Below are positions 14,656-25,000 of a stretch of DNA of 30,277 nt, piece after piece. A program made the translations under genes and the position numbers. Location of the stretch: positions 1 to 30,277 of IMG/VR virus record IMGVR_UViG_3300031951_000845; one strand, written 5' to 3'. The notes under the pieces were generated by a model, which saw nothing but the letters and a program-made list of their open reading frames with translations, had not been told where the DNA came from and made no database searches. Positions within the stretch are counted from its first letter, which is position 1. Each line of letters starts with the position of its first letter. Source of the DNA: a virus (taxonomy: Duplodnaviria > Caudoviricetes).

Positions 14656-16518
14656 ATGGAAAGAAAACGAACTACCGCTGCTTCTCACAAAAGCGATGCC
14701 ATCAAGAAGCAAATCATAGATTTTCTGATGCAAGGCTACTCAGTCCAACGAGCCATGGATGCCGTTGGACGAAGCATCAAAACTTACGAGTACTATCGAA
14801 AGACTGACTCTGAGTTTGCTACCGCCATCGACAAAGTACGGTCCATGACCGCCAGGGGTGAGATAGGCGGGGCACGAGGCGAAGTACCACCCTTTGCCGA
14901 GTTCTCTGAGAAGTACCTGGGAACTAAGGTTTTCAAGCATCAGCAGCATTGGATTGACTTATTGGAGGGTAGAACCCCTGAGGATGTCCACCCTGCCATA
15001 GCCTACGAACAAGGCTCACCCGACTTACTCATCGTCAACACCCCACCTGAGCACGCGAAGTCCACGACCATCACGGTCAACTACGCCGTCTATCGGATTT
15101 GCCAGAACCCCAACATCAGAATCATGATTGTGTCGAAGACACAGGCTATGGCACAGAAGTTCCTGCTCTCCATAAAGAACAGACTAACGCATCCTAGATA
15201 CCAGGACTTACAACTGACCTTTGGACCTCCAGGGGGTTTTGAGAAGAACTCTGATTCGTGGAAGCAGGACTTGATTTACCTATCCTCCGAAGCCAGGGAC
15301 TCTGGCGAGAAGGACCCTACGGTGCAGGCTATCGGTATCCGAGGGCATATCTACGGTGCTCGTGCCGATTTGATTATCATGGATGACTGCGTGGACCACA
15401 CCAACGCCCATGAGTACGAAAAGCAGATTGACTGGATTCAGTCGGAAGTCATGTCTCGTATTGACAACGATGGGGGCAGACTACTCGTTATAGGCACCCG
15501 TCTAAGACCCAGAGATTTGTACTCTGAACTGCGCGACCCTATGCGCTATCCGGACGAGACTTCCCCTTGGACTTACTTCGCACAACCCGCCGTCTTGGAG
15601 TTTGACGAGGACCCCGCCAACTGGGTCACCCTCTGGGCTAAGACCAACATGCCACCCGTATCCGGCAAGGGCGAACCTGACGAGGATGGGTTGTACACAA
15701 AGTGGGATGGGACAGCACTTCACAAGAAGCGCTCCCGCATCTCCCCGAACCTGTGGGCTATGGTCTATCAGCAGCAACAGGTACAAGAAGATTCAGCATT
15801 TCCTTCCGATGCCATCAAAGGCGTTATCAACGGCGCTCGCAATGTCGGACTCATACCCCGCGGTAAAGCAGGGAACCGACCCAATGGCATGGATGGACTT
15901 ATCGTTATCGCCGGTCTTGACCCCGCAGGCTCTGGCTACACCGCAGCAGTATGTCTGGCATTGGATGTATCCACCCAGAAGAGATACCTGTTGGATGTCT
16001 CGAACAAGCCTGGTATGAAGCCTGATGAAATCAGAGCGCTCATCAAGGGTTGGACCGACAGATACCGAGTCTCTGAGTGGCGTGTTGAGAAAAACGCTTT
16101 CCAGACCATGCTCACTCAGGACCGTGAGGTACGGGAATACCTGTCGTCACGGGGTGCAATTTTACGCGAACATCACACGGGTCAAAACAAATGGGACTCT
16201 AACTTCGGAGTTGCATCCCTGACGACCCTCTTCCATGGCTATGAAGAAGACGAAGCGCTCATAGAGTTCCCGTCCACTCACGCCTCCGAAGGAATCAAGT
16301 CTCTTATAGAACAACTGGTGACATGGTATCCGGATGCGCCTAAGTCGCAGAAGACAGATACCGTCATGGCTTTCTGGTTCGCAGAACTAGGCTGCCGTGA
16401 CCGTCTAAACAGTGCTCGCTCATTCGCCAGGACTCATAATCGTATGAGCATGTTCCACACGAAGTATGACCAGTCCAGGCAAGTAACAGTCAACCTATAT
16501 GAACAAAACTACGCATAG
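14656..16518 (+). CDS. terL: Terminase large subunit with N-terminal HTH extension
   Basis: Walker A-like PPEHAKST, Walker B LIIMDD, IGTR; nuclease motifs AGLDPAG, VEKN and DTVMA. Confidence 0.92.
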   Translation: MERKRTTAASHKSDAIKKQIIDFLMQGYSVQRAMDAVGRSIKTYEYYRKTDSEFATAIDKVRSMTARGEIGGARGEVPPFAEFSEKYLGTKVFKHQQHWIDLLEGRTPEDVHPAIAYEQGSPDLLIVNTPPEHAKSTTITVNYAVYRICQNPNIRIMIVSKTQAMAQKFLLSIKNRLTHPRYQDLQLTFGPPGGFEKNSDSWKQDLIYLSSEARDSGEKDPTVQAIGIRGHIYGARADLIIMDDCVDHTNAHEYEKQIDWIQSEVMSRIDNDGGRLLVIGTRLRPRDLYSELRDPMRYPDETSPWTYFAQPAVLEFDEDPANWVTLWAKTNMPPVSGKGEPDEDGLYTKWDGTALHKKRSRISPNLWAMVYQQQQVQEDSAFPSDAIKGVINGARNVGLIPRGKAGNRPNGMDGLIVIAGLDPAGSGYTAAVCLALDVSTQKRYLLDVSNKPGMKPDEIRALIKGWTDRYRVSEWRVEKNAFQTMLTQDREVREYLSSRGAILREHHTGQNKWDSNFGVASLTTLFHGYEEDEALIEFPSTHASEGIKSLIEQLVTWYPDAPKSQKTDTVMAFWFAELGCRDRLNSARSFARTHNRMSMFHTKYDQSRQVTVNLYEQNYA

Positions 16519-16532
16519 AACAGGAGGTGGGT

Positions 16533-18353
16533 GTGGCGCTCACTCCAAGTGAAATTGCAGACAACTTTGACCGCATCAAGGCAGACAACGCCGAACGCGA
16601 TTCGCGTATGGAAGAAGTCCTGCTCGTCCGTCAAGGTCGCATGCGAGATGTGTACCCAGACCTGTTCCCAGATGGTCCATTCCAAGACCCAATCGTTGCG
16701 AACATGGTGGACATCTCCGCCCGCGATTTGTCTGAGGTCATCGCGCCCCTACCGGCTTTCAACTGTAACTCGCCTACGATGGTTTCTGAGAAGGAACGCA
16801 AGAAGGCTGACAAGCGTGAGGAAATCGTCAACGGCATCGTTGACTTCTCCGACTTGTCCACACAGATGTTTACCGCTGCTGACAGGTATGTAACTTATGG
16901 CTTTGTGCCTGCACAGGTTGAAGTGGACATGGACAACAACATGCCACGCATCCGCTTCCTCGATGCTTATGGCTCGTACCCAGTCATTGACCGATTCAAC
17001 CGAGTCACTGCTTTCTATCAGAGAATCAACAAGACCACGCAAGAGTTGATGGCTGCATACCCAGAGTATGCCCACATCATCTATGACCGTGATGCTTCGT
17101 CTTCCATGGTTGAGATTGTTCGCTACCACGACAAGGACCAGGATGTTCTCTTCATTCCATCACGCAACAACCTCGTCATAGACCGTGCACCTAACCCACT
17201 GGGTGAGTGCATGATTCGTGTGGTCAAGCGACCATCTCTTGACTCGCAAACACGCGGTCAGTTCGATGATGTCTTGGCTATTCAAGTTGCCAAGGCTCGC
17301 TATGCACTGCTTTCTCTTGAGGCTGCTACTAAGGCAGTTCAGGCTCCTATCGTTGTTCCACGAGATGTAAGCGAGTTAGCCCTTGGACCAGACGCTATTA
17401 TCCCTACTGAAAACCCTGCAGCAGTACGCCGAGTTGCGATTGAAATACCGCCAGGCGCTTTTGCTCAGCAACAGGTCCTTGAAGGCGAACTGCGACTAGG
17501 AAGCCGTTACCCAGAGTCTCGTACCGGAAACATTGATGCTTCCATCGTCACAGGTCGTGGCGTGCAGGCTCTCATGGGTGGCTTTGATACCCAAATCAAA
17601 ACAGCGCATGCAATGTTTGCTCGCGCCTTTGTCGAACTCCTTAGCCTTTCACTCAAGGTTGATGAGAAGATTTTTGGCGATATGGAAAAGCAACTTCGTG
17701 GCACCCGCAACGGAACTCCATACAACATCAAGTACAAGCCAAAGCGCGACATTGATGGTGACTACACCGTTGATGTGCAGTACGGTCTTATGGCTGGACT
17801 TGACCCGAACCGAGCACTTGTCTTCGGACTACAGGCACGCGGTGACAAACTCATCAGCCGTGATTTCCTTCGTCGTCAGATGCCATTCTCCTTCAACGCA
17901 ACTCAAGAAGAAGAGAAGGTTGACACCGAGGAACTGCGCGATGCGATGAAGCAAGCAATCGCTTCCTACGCACAGGCAATCCCTGCGCTCGCCAGCCAAG
18001 GTCAAGACCCATCCGACATTCTCTACAAGTTGTCTTATGTCATCAATGAGCGACAGAAGGGAACCTCAATCGAGGTTGCAGTCTCTGATGCGTTCAAGCC
18101 ACAGACTCCCCCACCTGGCGCTATGACCCCTGGAGGAATCGTAAGTCCCGACATGATTGGGCAACCAGGTGCGGCAATGCCAGGTGGTGAGGGTCTTCCA
18201 GAAGGACTGAGCGCTACTGGTCGTATGGTCGGTGTTGCTCCAGGACAAGTTGCTCCAGGTGGACGACCAGATGTTCAGTCGCTCCTTGCAAGTTTGACTC
18301 AACGAGGCGAGCCGAATCTACAGGCATCCCTCATCAGACGACTACCAGCATAG
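16533..18353 (+). CDS. Portal protein
   Basis: About 600 aa directly after TerL; AGGAGG SD; helical portal-like body with a Pro/Gly-rich tail. Confidence 0.85.
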   Translation: MALTPSEIADNFDRIKADNAERDSRMEEVLLVRQGRMRDVYPDLFPDGPFQDPIVANMVDISARDLSEVIAPLPAFNCNSPTMVSEKERKKADKREEIVNGIVDFSDLSTQMFTAADRYVTYGFVPAQVEVDMDNNMPRIRFLDAYGSYPVIDRFNRVTAFYQRINKTTQELMAAYPEYAHIIYDRDASSSMVEIVRYHDKDQDVLFIPSRNNLVIDRAPNPLGECMIRVVKRPSLDSQTRGQFDDVLAIQVAKARYALLSLEAATKAVQAPIVVPRDVSELALGPDAIIPTENPAAVRRVAIEIPPGAFAQQQVLEGELRLGSRYPESRTGNIDASIVTGRGVQALMGGFDTQIKTAHAMFARAFVELLSLSLKVDEKIFGDMEKQLRGTRNGTPYNIKYKPKRDIDGDYTVDVQYGLMAGLDPNRALVFGLQARGDKLISRDFLRRQMPFSFNATQEEEKVDTEELRDAMKQAIASYAQAIPALASQGQDPSDILYKLSYVINERQKGTSIEVAVSDAFKPQTPPPGAMTPGGIVSPDMIGQPGAAMPGGEGLPEGLSATGRMVGVAPGQVAPGGRPDVQSLLASLTQRGEPNLQASLIRRLPA

Positions 18354-18364
18354 GGGAGGTGAAC

Positions 18365-18538
18365 ATGAAGAAAGCATCAAAGTTGGCGAAGGGCTACAGC
18401 AAGAAGCCAGCGAACCAAGGGTCCGCAGGTAAGCCAAATGTACAGAAGCCTATGTTGGCAAAGAAGGCATCGTCTAAGGGTGGCAAGGTCTATCAGACCG
18501 CAGCACCACGAGGCACACGCGGAAGCAAGAACAAGTAA
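18365..18538 (+). CDS. 57-aa Lys-rich basic protein
   Basis: GGGGAGGTG SD; MKKASKLAKGYSKKPANQ...GSKNK with no acidic residues. Confidence 0.75.
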   Translation: MKKASKLAKGYSKKPANQGSAGKPNVQKPMLAKKASSKGGKVYQTAAPRGTRGSKNK

Positions 18539-18599
18539 TTCAGTGACCTGAGCAAGTCCATAAACTGCTCATAACAACTGACCTTAGGTGGGAGGAAAA

Positions 18600-19031
18600 A
18601 TGGCATTGCCAAGAGAGCAGAACTTTCAGGTATCTGCAACCGGCGGTGCGGGCACGGATGGACAGCCTGCGCGATATGCAGCAGGTGTCGATAATGCTGG
18701 AGAGTTCTATGACATCCAGACTCAAGCACGCATGGCTGGTAAGAATCCAGCAGTAAGTCGTGTGCCATCTCCGTCAGGACAGCGCCCGTTTCGTGGCGAC
18801 TCAGCCTCACCACTTGTGCCACTTACGGCACCAACACAGCGCCCAGAAGAAGATGTCCGCATGGGTTCAGCCATGGGCATGGAAAGCATGTACGCAACTG
18901 ACAACACTGCTAATGCAGAAGATGCTGCTCGTATGCGTGAGGCGCTTCCATATCTGTCCGTCTTGGCTGAATTGCCAGAAGTATCTAACGCCTATCGCAA
19001 CTATGTGCGATACCTACGAGGCATTCTGTGA
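18600..19031 (+). CDS. Hypothetical virion-associated protein
   Basis: GGAGG SD before ATG 18600; GTGA overlap with the next gene. Confidence 0.75.
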   Translation: MALPREQNFQVSATGGAGTDGQPARYAAGVDNAGEFYDIQTQARMAGKNPAVSRVPSPSGQRPFRGDSASPLVPLTAPTQRPEEDVRMGSAMGMESMYATDNTANAEDAARMREALPYLSVLAELPEVSNAYRNYVRYLRGIL

Positions 19032-22000
19032 ATTTTCTTGACTCGCTCGGCAAGGCTGCTGAAAAAATACAATCAAATGGGTTTGCCAAGGACATTGGCT
19101 TACCGACTCTTATGTTTGATGTTGCCAGCATTGCCTCGAACGACAAGAACTGGGTAGGAGATGCGTTCAATATCGCTGCATCTTCCTTTAGAAGTAGCGT
19201 TCTAGCAGCATCGTACCCAATCCGCAAGACTGCGGGCGCTGCTTTCAACAAAGTTTTGCTTCCTACAGCGCAGTTGTCTTACCAAGTTGGTGGCAGATAC
19301 CTGCGTGAGCCACTTTCTGCAGCGCTTTTGACCGCTGCAACGGGTGATGTCAAGAAGTCATGGGAAAACCGCGACGAGATTTCCGCTGGTCAAGCCCTTG
19401 CCTACCTTGGCGACAGGATGACATTCGGAGCAGCACCGTTTATACCGCAAGACTTCGACATCTTCAACCCCAATGACCGCAAGATTTTTCAAGAGGACTG
19501 GACTCTTCGCACCCTTACAGGCGCTTACGACACATTCTTCACAACAGTTACAGACCCGCTAGGCAAAATAGGAAAAGCAGCAGGTCTTGCTAAGAAGGCA
19601 CTGGTTACCCGTCCATTGGGTATGGCAGATGCCAATATGAAGACCCTGGCTCGTGAGTTTTTCGTACCGAAGTCCATCCGCTCTACCACGATTATGTCCC
19701 CCCAGACCCTTGCTAAGGGAATCAACGAGGGTCGTGAAGAAGGTGGCGAACTTTATAACACGCTTTCGTGGTTTGCTAAGAGCGACCAGATTGCAGTGCG
19801 TACACACCCCATGGTTGCAGCATCTACTGATGCAGACACTCTCTCATATTTGTTGGGTCAGGCTAAAAGCGTTGATGAAGTAGCGGACACACTCCTTGCA
19901 GTATCGGTCCGCGATACCGAGGCTATGGCTCGCTTAGTGCAAACTCGCAAGCAAATGTCTTTTGTCTTTGACAAACTCAAGGACACACCACGCACCCAAA
20001 AGCAAGCGTTGGATAACATACCAACCAACGGTATTGTCGAAGATGCCAATGTCTTGGCAGCAGCAGATGATTTGCTTGCCACATTGGGCGAGGACCCATA
20101 CTTCAAGGCTCTTTCTACCTTTGACGATAGAGCAGCAGATTTGAGTAAGCGTACATTCGGTACGCCAGTATTTGAGAAAATGGCTATCAACCGTGCGGAA
20201 CGCCGTGCTGCCAGACTCAAGGATTTTGACCGCCCCACTTCCTTTCCTACGGTAGGATACTTCCAGCCAACCAAGTACCACCCACTCGTGGCGGTAGTCA
20301 ACTTCGGTGTAAAGAAGGTCGGAGATGGATTTGCTGAGAAACCAGCAGGTTATGTCAACCTCAATGACTCTGATTCCTTTACTGAAATTGCGGCATTTGG
20401 CAACCTTCTGCGCCGTGTTGTTGGAAATGGCGCAAGAGAGACAATCCAAAGACACCTAGAGGATTACATCAAGTCTGGTGGTACACCTGAACTTCGTGCC
20501 CGTGTCGTTGAGTCTTTTGAGGACGAGTCCATTGCTCTCATCAACCGCAGACTCGGAGTAAGTGACGAAGCAGGTGCTGCTATCTGGGCAGCGTATAAAC
20601 AACGCCGTAACACCGCCCGTCAAACAATCAAGGACCGCAAGTTCTTGATGACCGAAGATGACCTCATCCTCAAGATTCCATACCTAGAGCGCCAAGGTGC
20701 TAACGCACTGCCAATGGTTGACCTAGAGAACTACGCTCGTGTTATCGAAAAGAACAAGGGCTTTGTAGATTCCTTGGCTGGTGGTTTAGACATCAACGAC
20801 CCAGACTCATGGCGTTACACCACGGGTATTCTCAATGACATGTGGAAGGCTTCGGTCCTTCTCCGTCTCGGCTATACCATCCGAAATGTCTCCGAAGGTG
20901 CACTTTCTATCCTTGCCAAGGGCTACGGCTTGATGGCTTTGAGCGACTTGAACAAAGAAGGATTCGGTGCTTGGTACACCAACCGAGTCCGAGGACTTGA
21001 GCGCCTTGCAGATAAAAGGCTTGTAGCCCAAGGACTTCGTGAAGATTCTGTCAAGTTGCGCCAAGCCTTTGCTGAAAAGCAACAGGAGTTCATGGCTTCT
21101 GAGCGTTTATACGACGAAATCAAAGATTACTTGCCAGCAGTTGAGCGTTTATACAGACAGGGCAAACTGACCGAAGACCAGTACCGTGAGGTAGTTGAGG
21201 TCTTTCAGTACGCAACAGGCGAGTGGCTATACCACGGCTCAACAGCACCGCTAACTGGTTTAGACAATGCCCGCGCTTTTGCGATGACTTACTCTGAGGA
21301 CATTGCCAACCGCTACGCAGAGGCTGGCATGCCAGTTATCTCAGCATCTGAGATTTATCGTAGGATGACCGGCAGGGCTTACCCGATGCCGAAGAACCTA
21401 CGCACCCGTGAGGGCGAGCGCCTTACCCCAAAGCGTGAACCATCGCTTTCTATGCAGACTATCGCAGCAGATATGCGCGAAGGATTCCAGCGAAGCACTG
21501 ACAACGGCAATACCGTTGAAATGCTCAACACTCAGACTGGTCAGTGGCGTGCTATCAACCCAGAGACTGTCTCGCAAGAATCGCTTCTTTCCCGTCAGTT
21601 CCGAGTCCGTAAGCCTGGAAACCAGGGCGTTGTCATGGGTCGCAAGGTGTACGGTCAGACCGTTGACCTTCGCCTAATAAACGGCAACCAGTCTCGTATT
21701 GGTCTAAACGACTATCCAGAACTCAAGACAATTCTTGAGATTGACAGCGCTGCTAAGTGGCGTGGTCGTGCCGGATGGGAAGGCAAAGAGAATCGTCTCC
21801 TTGATTGGATGCGAGCCAACGGTGTTGGCAAACTCGTATTGCCAGATAACAAGGCTAATGGGCGTGCAACCATTCTGGTTGACCCCGACATGGTTGAGGC
21901 GTTTGGCAAGAACCCTGTTGTGTCTTTGGCAGAGAAGCGTATAAACGCAGTCAAAAATCAACAGACACTTCTTGGCGAAGAGTCACGCATCGCAAGCATC

Positions 22001-25000
22001 ATTGAGCGCACGGTTCAACAAGGTGGCGGAACATTCCGCTTTGCCGAGTCTATGGATGGTGATGTACCAACCCAAGGCGTATCCGTTGCAGTTCGTGGCG
22101 CTACCCACTCGTTCAGCCTTGAAGATGCACGCACCAACCCACAGGCATGGATTGACTCCATGGCATCTCACTTTGAGAAGAACCTGGAAAAGTTTGGTAC
22201 CGCTGACCACTTCGGTACTTGGGTTGAAGATATTGATGGCGTGCCACACATTTGGGCAGAGCCAGTCAATGTCGTTATGGACCGCAAGAAGGCTGTACTA
22301 TTAGGCTCAGAAAGAAACCAAAAGGGTGTCTTTGATGTGGGCAAGGGCGAGTTTATCTCCACGGGAGGAACAGGCGATGAAGGAGCAAGCGCAGCGTTTG
22401 CATTGGGTCAAGGCACCAAAGCCAATTTCGGATATGTCTCCAGAGGAGCGGCAGGCGTTCGCCAGAGAACTCGCAGAGAAGGCTTTAGAGAACGCGTTGA
22501 TGAACTCTCGGCAGCCATTGCCTCCAAGCAATACCCTCTCGACGGAATAGTAAATATCATCCGTGAGATTGCGGATGGTCAGGCTTTTGTCCGTAAGGAC
22601 ATGCAACAACTCATGGCTCGTCTCGATGCTCGCATCGTAGAAGAAGCAAGGATTGGTGGACCTAAGGCAATTCAGGGAACTGGTCGCCGTGTAGAAACAC
22701 TTTATGACGGAACTAAGGTAGAGATTGACGATGCCTTCGGTGGCGAACTTGGTCAGATTCTACTCGACAGAACCGACAACACACAGTCCTACAGGAACTT
22801 CGTAGATTACCCTTCGCAGTTGTTTAGCGCCCAGTATGGCAACTTTGCTGAGGAAACCCTCACGCCAAACATGCCTCAGTACTACACGGGTTATGCCAAC
22901 TCGCTCAACACATTCTTCCGTTCCCCAGATGGGCGTATTGACCCGCTCATCGAAATGTTCATCAACGGCAGCAAGCCAGAGGATGTAGTCCGATGGCTGC
23001 GAAAGCCAGAGAACAAGGCATACGCACAGCGCTTCAATATCGACACACCTGGTATCAAGGTGCAGTCAGAGCGCTTGAATGTCTCGATTGATGCAGAAGA
23101 GTTCGTTGGTGACTTGTATAGCGCCTACAACCGCTACCTGCCAGATGCTCAGATTCAAGAAGCCTTCCGTGCTGGAATCATTGATGAGCAGTGGCTACGC
23201 CGTCACTTCGCAGATGAGCCTGCTATGCCAGACATCATTGGGCGTATCGTGCCAACCAGCCCACAGGCTCGTAACTGGCAAGATGCTATGGCTAAGGTTG
23301 TTGACCGAGCGTTCTACTTCCTTGGCTCACTGCCTGAGACAACGATTGCTCGTCACCCGCTGGCTCGTCAAATCTACAGGGCTGACATCAAGCAACGCCT
23401 CAACACAGCCTTGGCTACAAAGCGTGTAAACGACCCAAAGGCTGAACTAACCCTGGATGAAATCAATGCCGTCCGCAAGGTTACGATTGAGTCAACGCGC
23501 CGAGAAATCAACAAGACACTTTTTACGATTATCCGCAAGTCCTACGCGGGCGAGAAGATGCGCTTTATCATGCCGTTCTTCAACGCCTGGGAGAACACCA
23601 TCCGCCGATGGGGTGGCTTGGCTGGAGACAATCCGGCAGTCATTGCCCGTGCAGGTCAGATTGTTTCCTCCCTTCGTAATCAGCCTAATGTGGTTGACCA
23701 GAACGGAAACCCAACAACTGAGTTCTCCTACGACAACAAGATTGTTGTGCCTATGTCAGAGGGCGCTCTTAGCGCCGTTAGCAAGATTCCAGTCTATGGC
23801 AAAGGTATGGCACAGGCGCTTCGCGCAGCAGGAACCGAAGTAAGGATTCCAGTGCGAAGCCTTGACATCCTGTTCCAGGGTGAAGCAATCGCTGGATTCG
23901 GTCCAGTGGTAACCATGCCAGTCAACGAGATTGTCAAACTCAAGCCGGACTTGGAAGACATTGTTACATCAAGCGTGCTTCCTATCCTGCCATTCGGTCC
24001 ACAAGAGGGAACCATCCAGCAGTTGTTCCCACCAGCAGCGCAGAAACTTGTCTCGCTCGTTGGACAGGATGAGGCATGGAGTCGTACCTTCAACACCGTC
24101 TATCGTTATGAGTTGATTCGCTTCAACCTTGGCGATAGGGACACGATGCCAACGCTTGAAGAAGTGCGCGAACTGGCTAACAACATGTACCGAGTCAAGA
24201 TGCTCTCGAATCTGGTCATGCCATTCGCTGCCCAGTACGACTCGCCACTAAGTTTCTACACTACGCAGTTCCGCAAACTGCAGCAGACCTACGGAGCCGA
24301 TGCAGAGGTGCTATTCCTGCAGATGTACCCAGAGATGGGTCCTGCTTTGGTGAGTGCTTCCTACAACCCAACGGGTGCACAGGCTTCTCAGAAGGCGTAC
24401 CAAAACATTCAGAAGTACAGCAGCCTTATAAGCAAGGTGGGTCAGCAAACCCCTGAGATGATTGGCTTCTTGGTCAATGACCCTGAGGGCAAGTATGACT
24501 TCTCTGAGGCTGTGTACGCCTGGCAGTATGGCAACGCACCAGTTCCTGGCTCAACCGAGAACTACCGCGCTCGCCGAAACCCTGCTGAACTCAAGAAGGA
24601 TGCCAATGTCAAGGTTGGCTGGATTGAGTTCCGCAAGAAGATGAACATGCTTGATTCACAGTTGTACGCACAGGGCTACCAGTCATACTCGGAATCAGGC
24701 GCTGAGGAGTTCAACACCCTTCGCCAGATGATGATTGCCGACATCACAACCCGCAACAAGGACTGGGCTGCTGACTACTACAGCGTAGATAGAGGCAAGT
24801 GGATTTACCGCATGGAGTCTCTCAAGACAATGCTCTCAGACCGCAAGTGGATGGCTGACAACGCGCAGCGCCCAGTGGTCAGCAGCATAGCAATTTACCT
24901 CAATACGAGAACACAGATTGCCAGAGAGTTGGCTAACCGCAAGGCATACGGTGGGGCATCAACCCTTACCGCGAAGGAAAACGAAGACCTTGATGGCTAC

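Noticed and set aside
13842-14733. Short ORFs in the divergent intergenic region, including a possible terS
   Set aside because: No RBS or protein-like composition, and they overlap promoter and hairpin elements.
21408-22304. Other out-of-frame ORFs inside the giant gene (21408, 21735, 21972)
   Set aside because: No SD-ATG pairing and Ser/Leu/Arg-rich shadow composition, unlike the ORF at 22377.
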